A program made the position numbers and the translations under genes. Shown in pieces: positions 11,551 to 22,600 of a DNA stretch of 64,000 nt. Under the pieces are notes generated by a model. It did not search any database. It was given only the letters and a program-made list of their open reading frames with translations, and was not told where the DNA came from. Origin of the DNA: Ophelia neglecta (lineage: Eukaryota); the NCBI GenBank assembly GCA_965285935.1, contig OZ260662.1, positions 97,030,001 to 97,094,000 on the forward strand. The letters run 5' to 3'. Numbering within the stretch: position 1 is the stretch's first letter; each line of letters starts with the position of its first letter.

Positions 11551-14500
11551 CATGTGACCCATCCAATAACGGCTTATTTCTGATTATTATCTCCATGTAA
11601 ATAAAAATGTACAGTATAACAAATAATATATGAACTATACCAATATTAAAATTTCAAAGACAATATATGCGCATATATTCGCAGAAAAACGAGAGTCCCT
11701 GAATATCACCCGGTCCAATAACCTTAAACAGTCAGAAGTAGGCCCCACGCATCAATCAAAGATCATTAATGTTTGTATTTACTATTCCATCAATAAAAAT
11801 CCAATACGTGGGGAGGTGGGGGTGAAGGGAGGTGGGGGGTGGGTGGAAGGGAAGGGTTAGTATGTTTATTTTTTTTTGGGGGGGCACTTTTTTGTACTTG
11901 TTTCTATGTGATTGCAAAATATATATTACATATGTTTCATTATGTAAATAATTATTTGTAATTTGACTAATTTCGACGCTGTTTCGAGACATGCGATACT
12001 AAACATTATCTGAAACCTGTCAAATTATATTAATAACACTTGTAGACATTTAAGAGACGATTCTTCACTAACACAAATTGAAGAGGACCCAATTGCAATT
12101 TAGTTTTATTTTCCTTGTCAGTTTTTCCTGTGATAAATCCAAGTTTTAATAGCGATCGGCTGCAGATAGAGAAGCCCATGCACAATTTATCCTTAAACTT
12201 TCAGATATATACAATGATTGGCTGTGATCCCTTTTCTGATGCAGGTAATTTACTACATGAAACTGTTGTAAAATAATGTTGTTGTTTTTTCAAATGAAGA
12301 GTAGTACAGGGAAACTGGAACAAATCGAATTGCGGACAGAATATTACTTCTCTGCCTAACTGTTACAGACCCAAATCAACTACGCGACTAGGTGGAAATA
12401 AATGGCACCAGGAAATGTGAGCAGGATATATTACCCTGCGCACAGATGACAAAACAATTACTTAAGATCACTCGCTAAATCAATCCTACGGCCACTGTGA
12501 GCAGTTTAACAGAATATCCCAATCCCATCATATTTAACAGGCGCTTAATAGGAACGAACACGTGAAAATCACACACCTAGATTTTTGCGATTACGCGACA
12601 GATTTCCTTTAGTTCGTACGTTTAAATTTCTTCGCAGCTGTCGAACATCTCTGCATGCGAAAAATGCAATTTTCAACACGTGCGTACCTCATGAGCGATT
12701 TGCCGATTTGGGTGTCCTCGGGCAATACAGTAATGAATATTAATAGGGCTAAGTGATAAACAACAAGTGTACAAAACACATTGTATAATCTCTCCACTTC
12801 TCTGATGTGTGATTGAGATAGACATTCCATTGTTACGTTGCCTGGCGTCCATGGGTGAGTACGACATTTCAACAAACAAAGACGTCGCACACATTCAATC
12901 AGACATCGAATGCATTTTTCGTTTGAGAGGCTTGACTTCGGGACGCCTTATACATGAAGATCGATTACCCAGTGCAAATGTTCTGGCTATAAGCGATAAG
13001 CTTTGAGCAAGCAAAATTAGGCGAACCCTATGTATTTGGTCTTCACAATGCTTAGTGTAATCCTTGCATACAATTACATTTCCTTCCAGCAGTCGCGGAT
13101 ACTGTCGGAGGCACGCTTATTTAAGGACAAGCTCGTGCTCCGTATTAAGGCATTTTATTTTATTTTTCGAGAATAATTCAATACTTGCCTAACCACGGCT
13201 CCTCTAGAACATGCACGCTATAAACAGAACAGGGGTTCGCGATCGCTAATGTCCATAAGACTTTAAATGCTACAACATGGCATGGATTCTACCAAACTTA
13301 TTCATGGAGTGCAAACTGAGATAAGTGTACACCATCAGTGAACTTCCTTCTTTTTTCAGTAAATATCATTAGCAGTTGGTTATTAAATAGTTCATTATAT
13401 CTTTCTTTAAAACTGAGACAATAATAGATGTTTTTCTTATAGATTATCAGTAAAATTGCATTTTTAGGTACTACTTGCTTAAATAAGAAGTAGATAGAAT
13501 TTACAGGGATCAAAGCGGGCAAGGACTTTCAAGCGCACATGCTGAAGAATCGAGCTGGTGAAGGTGTGCTCAATATTTTTTACCCAATTGCTAATATAAT
13601 TAGCTACAAATTTATATTAATGAGATTTTTAATATATATATTATATTTATATTATTTACATGATATATTTTTTACTCGGCTAGGTATAATGACTGCTTAT
13701 GGTAAAACTCATGCCATGTTGTAGCCTTATCGGGTTCCTAACAGTGCTCAATTTTCACACTATCTCCCCCTAGCGATTGTCAAGGAAACACCATGCAGCG
13801 ATAAAGAAATAGTCCCGGTAAATTTCACACAGTTGGATCGCGACGCGAGGCACGGTGTGAAAGACAATTAGCAACGCGGCTAGTTCGGGCCCTTAATAGC
13901 CGAGCAGGCCCGTCCGTCAGCCGCACACTGAGTCCGCGCATGCGCACCGGATCGGAAAGGGTGGCGCCCTGTGATGCCCCAAAATAAAAAATTAATCTGA
14001 TATTAATGTATTCTTACATTGCATATAGATATCTCATCTATGCTTAAAATTGGATTCCTCCATCGGAATGCTCTGTACTAGGCCTAGTAGTCTAGTATAT
14101 TTATTTATGTTTACATTTTAATTAGTAACTAATTCAGAGCCACCTTCTCCAAATTATCAAATACTGTTTAATGCCAAAATGATTGAATGACATACACCCA
14201 GTGTAATATATTGTATCTATGAGATTTATTTCCTTTACGAAATAATTGTACATTAGTAGGTAGGTACATGTAGAACAGCATGTGGACGTACACAATACGT
14301 TTTACTTTGGACTACTCAACTACCACTCTCTAATTCACTTCCGCTTAAGGTGATGCACTTAAGGCATGTCTATAGATAGATATTACACCGAGAAGGAGTG
14401 AGCGACCTTATTTGCTCTCTCTCTATATAAGTATTGAAATTTATACCTCACGTATATGAAGTACTGGGTTACGCGTACAAGAGACTTGGTTTTTTCATTA

Positions 14501-14589
14501 CACTACTTTCAATCTATCTATCAGATCGATGGAAGGGGGGGGGGGGGGCGATTTAGGGCAATGCGACCATCGGGGTCGGCCTTTTAATT

Positions 14590-14836
14590 ATTCGTGAACT
14601 GGGAATTTAAGGCTAAATTCTTATGAATCGTGATTCGACAATTGTCCGTAATTTGTGACCAAGGATTTTCATTTACTCGGACCTGGGAATGTTCTAATTA
14701 AATTTCCGTGAAGCCGGAAATAGCTACCTTATCCCTAACACCGTGAAAAATGTAGACTTTAAACATCCGTGGTTAGGAATTGACGGTTTTTAAAACTGGG
14801 AGCTGGGAACGGGGACCCCACTCACCACCCCTCTAT
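14590..14836. repeat. Degenerate ~30-bp periodic array, probably the body of a non-autonomous DNA element
   Basis: A motif resembling CCGTGAANYGKGAA recurs at about 14592, 14621, 14646, 14676, 14706, 14741, 14767 and 14796. The array is preceded by a G-run (~14535-14548) and ends in a C-rich stretch CCCACTCACCACCCTC. Confidence 0.45.
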
Positions 14837-16288
14837 CAGCGCCTGGGATCCGAACGGCCTCCGCTTTGAAGTGAATAAATATTCGCCATTCAAAGAGGGA
14901 ATGTGCGGTATGGGACACCGGAACTTCTTAAACATTGATGACGAATTAAGTCGTTTCGACAAATAGCAGTACACACCTAACGACCTCCTATTTGATTTGC
15001 CTCCAGGCTCTTTCCCAAATGAGAGACAAGTTTGCCTATTTTGCGGTCGCAATGCCCTACAGTATAACTGAGGTGGTTGCCCCCTGTGCAAAGCGACGAG
15101 CCAGGATTTGCACCTTGTTGTATGTGCACCTGTCACGGTCTGGCTATTAATAATCAATGAGATTGATTTCTCTTCGAACGTTCACCTCAGCGTCATGGAT
15201 CACTCGGTCTTGGTCTCTGGGATCAAAACTAAATCAACAGATCCGGGGTAACGAATTTATCAAGCTTATCAAACTATGAGTCATGTTTTTTAAATCAGAG
15301 AAGTTTTATTTAAAGCAAGCACTCGGTCAAAATGTACCAACGCCAGTAGACGCTGCAGTGCCCATGATCGCTTATATCTGGGCGTGCACACATGTGTATT
15401 GTTGTTATCCATGTAGTGGTTTTCTTTTTCTTTATATATTTGCTCCATCCACAGTAACTTGAAGTTCGTTTTCAGTCTAGATGTAAGATTCCAGTATGTT
15501 TCTTTTTTAATTTGGTTGTTACTAGTGTATATACTTTGTGAGCTCATATATTTTTCTTTTTATTTTGTTAATTTTATGCTTGTAAACCCACCTGCATTTG
15601 GAGGAATAAAGATAATAATTATAATATGACTACCAAGGGTTGAACCGGATACTGTCTCATGCATGGACATGGCATTCACTCACCCGTGCATATCCGGGTA
15701 GCGGGATTCTTAACGACGTTTTTGCCCCTACCTTTTTTTTGAAAAAGGGGGGATATGCATTTGGGCATGTCCTCCTCGGCCGCCGCCGGGGCCATTTGTT
15801 TTTGGGGGAAATCCTTATACATTGAGTTGCAATAGCATCGCAAATTAAAAAATGTGATCAAGTGTGAGCAAAAAAAAAAAAAAAAATAGTTTGGGGGTAC
15901 TTTTTTCTGACTTAGTTTTGTCGGAAAAATTTCCGAACTCAGTTTTTTTTTGTTGCTTTTCTCTTCATTTCTGACAATTTTAAGTGTTTTGCGAAAAATA
16001 TTAGGAGTACTTTTTTTTACTTTAAAAATTCTGCACTTTAATAGGCAAAGCCAGACACTGGTCAATCTAGACTACATATCCAGCTGTAGTGAGTAGGCTT
16101 TGGTGATTAATCAATTGAGTAGGGGGGGGGGGTGCAGGGGGGGGGGGGGGGTGGGTGGGTGGAAGGGGTTTCGGGAATATGTATACAGTGAAACCTGTAA
16201 AATTTAGACCACCATAGGGACTAGAAAATACGGGCCTGCCTTTGGAGGTGACATTGCAATACATCCCACGATCTTGGGGAAGGGGGAT

Positions 16289-16438
16289 TGTCTCAATATG
16301 CTATGGTTTATCCTACTCGATACTTTTGTATGTAAGTGTAGCGAGGAAATAAAGTAGTAGTAGTTCTCAGCTGTCAGTATGTACTTTGTTGTCACTCAGT
16401 ACTCAGCATAAACCGATACTCATACACAACTTGAAACA
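16289..16438 (+). repeat. 5' LTR (150 bp)
   Basis: Ends TGTCTCAA...TTGAAACA form an imperfect terminal inverted repeat. Contains AATAAA at ~16348. Identical by eye to 20933-21082. Confidence 0.97.
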
Positions 16439-16456
16439 TGGTGGCAGCGGTGGGAT
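16439..16456 (+). promoter_or_regulatory. Primer binding site complementary to the tRNA-Leu 3' end
   Basis: TGGTGGCAGCGGTGGGAT directly after the 5' LTR is the reverse complement of ATCCCACCGCTGCCA+CCA, the 3' end of animal tRNA-Leu (AAG/TAG family). Confidence 0.88.
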
Positions 16457-16790
16457 GTTATTGCATAATTGGCATAAGATACCACGGCTTCGTTCCTCAT
16501 CAATCAGTGGACATAAAAACTCCGGCATTTCTCAGGAACGGCATTCTCAAAACGGCAAGTTGTGTCATCTCACTGGTCGCCATATGTAAAAATCTGGCGC
16601 CAATCGGCACTAGTACTAACTCTCAATACCGTATAAATTCTCACTCGTAGACGCTCAGACCTTGATTCTAAAGTGAATCTCAGTCCTCAATCGCAGCTAT
16701 ATATCAGTGTAACTCGCTGTTTTGCTGTCATTATAACAGTCATCTCGCTCGTAGTAAATCTGTAGCAAAATACACTGCTCGACAAAAGTT

Positions 16791-19700
16791 ATGGCTGCTG
16801 CAATCACTATAGGACCTCCACCACCTCTCTCCCTTCGGGAACAAGATAATTCGGAGGAATGGAAGATGTTTAAGCAACTTTTTACCAATTACACGACTAT
16901 AACTGAACTGGACAACAAGCCAAAAGCATACCAACAGGCTGTATTTCTCAACTCAACTGGCCAAGCAGGGATAAAAATCTTCAATAGCCTTCAGTTTGCT
17001 GAAGGTGAAGATAAAGAAGATGTAAAAACGATAATAAAGAAATTTGATGAATATATAATTGGAGAAAAGAATGAAACGTATGAAAGGTATAAATTCAACT
17101 CCAGAAGTCAAAATATTTCTGAGCCAGTTGAGGATTATGTGTCGTCACTCATCACACTCGCAAAATCATGTAATTTTTGCGACTGTTTGAAAGAAACTCT
17201 CATAAGGGACCAAATTGTCTTCGGTATACGGGATGACAATGTCCGCAAAACTCTACTTCAGAAACGTGACCTTACTCTCAAAAAAGCAATAGATATTTGT
17301 AGATCATCTGAGGCAACGGACAGACATCTTAAAGACATGGGTCGAGTGTCCCAAGATGAAGTAAATAAAGTCTATAGAAGGAGACAGAAAAATCCATCAC
17401 AGAACTCACAATCTCTACCAATGCTGGACAACTGCAAGTACTGTGGTAAAAGCCACAGAAGAAAGAAAGAAGATTGCCCAGCATGGGGTAAAAACTGCAA
17501 AAATTGTAATGAATTAAATCACTTCAGCATCAGATGTCCTAAGAAGAAGAAAAAAGTCCACACGGTAGAAACGGGCAACAAAGAAGAAAGTGACTCGGAT
17601 GTAGAATCTATCTCATGTGTCTCTGGAAATCACTCCTCAAAGGGAGGAATCTATGCAGAAATGCTCATCTCTGGTCAAAAGTCTCCGGTTAAGTTTCAGA
17701 TTGACTCGGGTGCAACTGTAAACGTACTGCCAAAACAATACTTACCTCACTCTGATCTGGAAAGCACATCAACTACTCTCCGCATGTATGACGGGTCGAT
17801 TCTAGTGCCTGAAGGAAAGGCCAAAGTGGTTGTGATAAATCCTCAGAACAACAAGAAGTACAACGTTGAGTTCACGGTTGTAAAAGGTGCCTCATTCACA
17901 CCACTACTCAGCAGAAACGCAGCCGAGAAAATGAAACTAATCACTGTGAACTATAACAACTTCAAAGTCTTGAACGCTATCAGTGAATCTGCTAAAACAA
18001 TACTCGATGAATATCAGGACGTCTTCTCAGGAACTCTCCCAGGTACTCTACCTGGTAAGGTACATCTCCACATCGAAGAAGGTGCACATTCAGTTCAGTG
18101 CATACCAAGAAAAGTACCTGTCTCAATGAAAAAGAAAGTTAAGCAAACGATTGATGAAATGGTAGAAAATGACATTCTCATTCCGGTGGATGAACCGACT
18201 GACTGGTGCAGTGGCATGTCTGTTCAGCAGAAAAGTAATGGCAAGGATGTGCGCATCTGCATTGATCCAAGACCGCTCAACTTAGTGCTGCAACGAGAAC
18301 TTTATGAACTACCAGTCATCGATGATGTTCTTCCGGAACTGGCAAAAGCCAAAGTCTTCTCAAAATTCGATCTCCGCTCAGGGTATCTTCACTGTACCTT
18401 AGATGATGAAAGTAGCTACCTAACCACGATGATCACCCCATACGGACGGTATAGGTGGAAAAGACTTCCATTCGGACTCAAGGTTAGTAGTGAAATCTTT
18501 CAGAACAAACTGCATCAAGCTCTCTGCGCTTTGGATGGCGTTGAATGCATTGCAGATGATCTCATTCTCTGTGGTATTGGCGAAACAATGGAAGAGGCCA
18601 TCAAGAACCATGACAAACGACTCAATGACCTACTGAAAAGATGTAGATCAGAGAAGATCAAACTCAATAGGGACAAATGCATCGTACAAACTACAAGTCT
18701 CCCATTCGTCGGTCACCTCGTGACTAACGAAGGTCTCAAGCCTGACATGAAAAAAATCGAGGCAATTCTAAAGATGCCAAACCCTACCAACTACACCGAA
18801 GTGCAAAGACTCCAAGGCAGTGTTACTTACCTTGCTAAATTTCTACCTCACCTCTCAACTGTAATGGAACCTATTAGGAAGCTGACCCACAAAGAAAAAG
18901 AGTGGGAATGGACAGATGAACATGATAAAGCCATGTCCCAAGTGAAGCAGCTACTGACCTCAACTCCAGTCCTAGCATTTTACGATCCTGCAAAGGAGCT
19001 ACGCATTCAAGCCGACGCTTCGCAAACAGGACTCGGAGCGGTACTCCTCCAAGACCAGCATCCAATTTGTTATGCTAGTCGGGCGCTTACACCCACAGAA
19101 GAACGTTACGCCCAAATAGAGAAAGAGGCTCTATCCATCGCTTATGCTTTGGAACGATTTCATCAGTACACATTCGGGAGAAAAACAATAATTGAAAACG
19201 ATCATAAACCAATTGAAGCAATTGTGAAAAAGCCTCTCCACAGAGCCCCGAAACGTCTTCAAAACATGCTGATGAGAATCTTGAACTATGACACCGAAAT
19301 TATATGGAAACCGGGAAAGGAAATGCATATCCCAGACATGCTATCGAGAGCATATTATAAGGAGAATACAACCACTGATGAATCGGAAAACATCAACATG
19401 ATAGATTTTGTCGCCATAGGAAAATCCAGACTCTCGAACATCAAACAAGCCACACGGGAAGATGAGTCACTTCAGCAACTCAAGAACATTATTCAGAATG
19501 GCTGGCCGGATTCCAAAAATGAACTGCCAAACCTTGTGACTCCTTACTACAACATCCGTGATGAACTGTCCATACAGGATGGAATTATATTCCGTGGAGA
19601 ACGCATCGTTATTCCAGAGTCCATGCGCGGTGAAATGAAAAAAGCCCTTCACACATCACACTTGGGAATTGAAAGTACCCTTAGACGTGCTCGTGACTGT

Positions 19701-20816
19701 CTATTTTGGCCTGGAATGTCAGCAGAAATCAAGCTGATGATCCAACGATGTGAAGCCTGTAGATCTTTCGATACCACACAGAACCCCAAAGAACCTTTGA
19801 TGCCCCACGAGGTACCATCTAGACCATGGGAAAAAGTTGGCGTAGATCTATTCCAGTGGCAAGGAAAGGACTATCTGGTGACTGTGTGCTATTTTTCCAA
19901 TTTTTGGGAAATCGACAGACTTTACTCACTTGATTCAAAAACAACAATCAAGAAACTCAAAGGACACTTTGCGAGATATGGTATTCCCAATGAGGTCGTC
20001 AGTGACAACGCCAAGCAGTTTACCTCATCGGAATTCCAAAATTTTGCAAAGGAATGGGATTTTGATCACTACACTATCTCTCCGAAACACAGTCAGGCCA
20101 ATGGCAAAGTCGAATCCGCAGTAAAGTCAGCCAAGAAACTGCTAAACAAATCCAAAAAGTCTAAGTCGGACCCATATCTGGCACTCCTGGAAACCAGAAA
20201 TACACCATCGCAAGGAGTTGGAAGCAGCCCAGCACAAAGGCTTCATAGCCGCAGGACAAGAACTCTCATACCCATATCAAACACATTGCTTATTCCCCGT
20301 GGGAGCGATATTGTATCTAGTGAACGAGAAAAACTGAAGGACCTCCAGAAAAAACAGGAAGGTGTGTTCAACAAACGCGCCAAGGCGCTGCCTGAACTTA
20401 ATGAAGGAGATATGATTAGGATGAAGCCATATCGCATGAATGATAAAGAATGGCTTAAAGGAACAGTCTCGAAGCAATTGGACTCTCGGTCATATGAGGT
20501 TGAGACCATGCAGGGTCTATTCAGGCGAAATCGTGTCGACTTAAAGAAAAGTTATGAAATCCCCTTGGACCTCGGGGGAGATAACATAGCAGAGGACAGT
20601 GTGAAAGATCAAGTTGCGGTTCTTCCTAAAAGCCAAGATCAAGGGTTAACAAAACATGACACTCCAAAAACTATACTGGGAGCAAACGCAAACTCTCCAA
20701 AATCACGAAAAAGTGCTCCATCTTTGGCTAATCCACCAACTTCACTCACTAGTGTTAAAACAAGGTCCGGCAGACAAATTAAAAGCCCAAAAAATCTGGA
20801 AGATTATGTGAAATAG
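16791..20816 (+). CDS. Gag-Pol polyprotein (gag with 2 zinc knuckles, aspartic protease, RT, RNase H, integrase)
   Basis: 1341 aa, uninterrupted. Zinc knuckles CKYCGKSH..C and CKNCNELNHFSIRC; protease IDSGA; RT 'RICIDPRPLN', 'RLPFGL', 'IADD'; RNase H 'QADASQTGLGAVL', 'YAQIEKEAL', 'DHKP'; integrase HTSH...CEAC, 'GVDLF', 'VSDN', 'NGKVES'; C-terminal 'TRSGR..K.P..L.DYV'. Confidence 0.97.
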   Translation: MAAAITIGPPPPLSLREQDNSEEWKMFKQLFTNYTTITELDNKPKAYQQAVFLNSTGQAGIKIFNSLQFAEGEDKEDVKTIIKKFDEYIIGEKNETYERYKFNSRSQNISEPVEDYVSSLITLAKSCNFCDCLKETLIRDQIVFGIRDDNVRKTLLQKRDLTLKKAIDICRSSEATDRHLKDMGRVSQDEVNKVYRRRQKNPSQNSQSLPMLDNCKYCGKSHRRKKEDCPAWGKNCKNCNELNHFSIRCPKKKKKVHTVETGNKEESDSDVESISCVSGNHSSKGGIYAEMLISGQKSPVKFQIDSGATVNVLPKQYLPHSDLESTSTTLRMYDGSILVPEGKAKVVVINPQNNKKYNVEFTVVKGASFTPLLSRNAAEKMKLITVNYNNFKVLNAISESAKTILDEYQDVFSGTLPGTLPGKVHLHIEEGAHSVQCIPRKVPVSMKKKVKQTIDEMVENDILIPVDEPTDWCSGMSVQQKSNGKDVRICIDPRPLNLVLQRELYELPVIDDVLPELAKAKVFSKFDLRSGYLHCTLDDESSYLTTMITPYGRYRWKRLPFGLKVSSEIFQNKLHQALCALDGVECIADDLILCGIGETMEEAIKNHDKRLNDLLKRCRSEKIKLNRDKCIVQTTSLPFVGHLVTNEGLKPDMKKIEAILKMPNPTNYTEVQRLQGSVTYLAKFLPHLSTVMEPIRKLTHKEKEWEWTDEHDKAMSQVKQLLTSTPVLAFYDPAKELRIQADASQTGLGAVLLQDQHPICYASRALTPTEERYAQIEKEALSIAYALERFHQYTFGRKTIIENDHKPIEAIVKKPLHRAPKRLQNMLMRILNYDTEIIWKPGKEMHIPDMLSRAYYKENTTTDESENINMIDFVAIGKSRLSNIKQATREDESLQQLKNIIQNGWPDSKNELPNLVTPYYNIRDELSIQDGIIFRGERIVIPESMRGEMKKALHTSHLGIESTLRRARDCLFWPGMSAEIKLMIQRCEACRSFDTTQNPKEPLMPHEVPSRPWEKVGVDLFQWQGKDYLVTVCYFSNFWEIDRLYSLDSKTTIKKLKGHFARYGIPNEVVSDNAKQFTSSEFQNFAKEWDFDHYTISPKHSQANGKVESAVKSAKKLLNKSKKSKSDPYLALLETRNTPSQGVGSSPAQRLHSRRTRTLIPISNTLLIPRGSDIVSSEREKLKDLQKKQEGVFNKRAKALPELNEGDMIRMKPYRMNDKEWLKGTVSKQLDSRSYEVETMQGLFRRNRVDLKKSYEIPLDLGGDNIAEDSVKDQVAVLPKSQDQGLTKHDTPKTILGANANSPKSRKSAPSLANPPTSLTSVKTRSGRQIKSPKNLEDYVK

Positions 20817-20919
20817 TTCCATTTAGTAACGTTCATCTAATAGTGGCAAATAATAAGACACTTCAACCTTTAAGTTTTGATTAAAAGTAGTTTTGTGGAG
20901 TTTAAGTTACTCGCTAATT

Positions 20920-20932
20920 AAAGAAGGGAGGA
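20920..20932 (+). promoter_or_regulatory. Polypurine tract (PPT)
   Basis: AAAGAAGGGAGGA immediately 5' of the 3' LTR. Confidence 0.9.
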
Positions 20933-21082
20933 TGTCTCAATATGCTATGGTTTATCCTACTCGATACTTTTGTATGTAAGTGTAGCGAGGAAATAAAGTA
21001 GTAGTAGTTCTCAGCTGTCAGTATGTACTTTGTTGTCACTCAGTACTCAGCATAAACCGATACTCATACACAACTTGAAACA
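20933..21082 (+). repeat. 3' LTR (150 bp)
   Basis: Identical to the 5' LTR and followed by the TSD GGGAT. Confidence 0.97.
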
Positions 21083-22339
21083 GGGATCCTACCCTTTCTT
21101 TGACTTTGCCAAAAGTGATCTTTTGACAGTCATGTCTACTATCCCTTCTACTTGAACGGGGCTTGCGTTTCTAAACGACGTGTTTCTTTATGTCAGTGGC
21201 AGGTCCCGACATGGTGGATACGGGTAAAAACTAGGACACAGTAACCGATACCTTAAAAGTCACTCATCGACCGAACACATACTTGGCCTACTGATAAGCA
21301 GGTACAATATTGGACAGACAGTGTGCGCTTTGACTGTTGGTGAGTGGACCACTTTATGTAAGTTGTCAGCTAAGGTCACGTTCACTGCATACATACAATA
21401 TTTCTAAAGTTATACTGTTGTACTTGGATCGAGAGTAAGGAACTCCCCATTTCACTTCTTCAACTGGGAATATCAGGTAATTTTTAATAGTATGTTCTCA
21501 TTAATAGTTGGAAGACTAAATCTAAGAATCCACTGACAGATCGACAATGAATAATTTTTATAATATAGTATAAATCATATGCAGCTAGTAAACGACAGGA
21601 ATCCCATAGATCAAAACGTTAGAATAAGTAGGCTGTATTCATAATATCTCAGGTACTGGTAGGTAGCTAGTTATTAGGTCCGTGTCAAAGCAATACATAT
21701 ATGCATACGACGGTTTTTGAAAACCATAAACGTTGCAGTAGATAACAAAAATATGGCTTGTTTCGGCTTAAATTGCACGGTTATGCCTTCACTTGGCACT
21801 CTTCCCGATTGCCCCGCTGGTTGTACACATACTTGGACTATTGCATATAAACACGCCATTTTGTGTATTGATTTAATCTTCACCCGCTAGTAAAAAACCA
21901 AAAACCAGTGCTATTGGTTACCAGTAGAGAATTTTTTCTACTGTGGTATAATATACTAACCACTTACCAGTTATTGACAGAACAATTATGATATCATTTA
22001 TACATGTGATAAGCATATATATATATGCACGAACCCTAGTCTGGTGAAGTCCATCCTAACACTAGTTAGCCCAGAGTTGAGAATCGGTTATAAATAAGGG
22101 CCAGGGAACGAATAAAATTCATACATAAGGTAAAAAATATGGTGCACGATCATAGTAGAGGTTTGTTTGCAAGAGTTCAGACGGTGATAACATTATTTAC
22201 TTCGATGGATCTTGATATAGGGGCAGCCAATCATAGGCAAACAATTATATATTCATCTTCCATTGATTGCCTTAAGGCTTTAAGGTTTGATATGGCCAAG
22301 TTTTTAACGGTCTTAGTGTTTTGTTTTGACAATTGAATA

Positions 22340-22600
22340 ATTGCATTGGAGTTAGTCGAGGTGTCAATGCCAGCCCTGATCTGTTTAGAACTGACTTGAG
22401 TGATTTAACGGACATCCAGTCGAGTATGGTACTGTAACTATTGATCACTAGATTATTCTACATGATGTTTGGCCGGATGATCGCCTACTTGTTTTTTGAC
22501 ACACCATGTTGTTAGCCTACCCAAATTGACTAATATGAATTCAGCTTTCGAAGTGTACTAAAAGTGAATGATAAGTGTAACCAAATTATTATATGATACT
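22340..22600 (+). mobile_element. Highly decayed LINE reverse-transcriptase fragment (CR1/L2-group-like)
   Basis: Reads IGVSRGVNASPDLFR (cf. GVxQG..SPxLF) and then, after a frameshift, IILHDVWPDDRLL (cf. HLLWADDL.L). Contains stops. Confidence 0.5.

Larger units (their letters stand above)
16289..21082 (+). mobile_element. Full-length Ty3/Gypsy LTR retrotransposon (Mag/SURL-like group)
   Basis: Two 150-bp LTRs with TG...CA ends, a 5-bp TSD GGGAT (16284-16288 and 21083-21087), PBS, PPT, and an intact gag-PR-RT-RH-IN ORF in Gypsy domain order. Confidence 0.98.
16186..21387. mobile_element. Old Tc1/mariner(pogo)-type MITE remnant (~400 bp) split by the Gypsy insertion
   Basis: Left end TA|CAGTGAAACCTG...GACCACC..AGGGAC at 16184-16221. 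Degenerate right end GTGGACC...CTAAGGTCACGTTCACTG at ~21344-21387, with CA rather than TA outside. This matches the common CAGTGAAACC-terminal MITE layout. Confidence 0.4.

Noticed and set aside
11808-11857. G-rich tract able to form a G-quadruplex
   Set aside because: Such G-runs recur through the window (for example 14535, 16122, 23042, 36899), usually at repeat ends; no evidence of a specific function.
14590-14836. Repeat-spacer appearance suggestive of CRISPR
   Set aside because: Repeats are short and highly degenerate, there are no cas genes, and the context is eukaryotic.
15717-15800. T-run + CCCCTACC...GGGGGG + TATGCATTTG resembling the 5' end of Helentron-type non-autonomous elements
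   Set aside because: Only a short resemblance; no matching 3' hairpin or second subterminal repeat identified.
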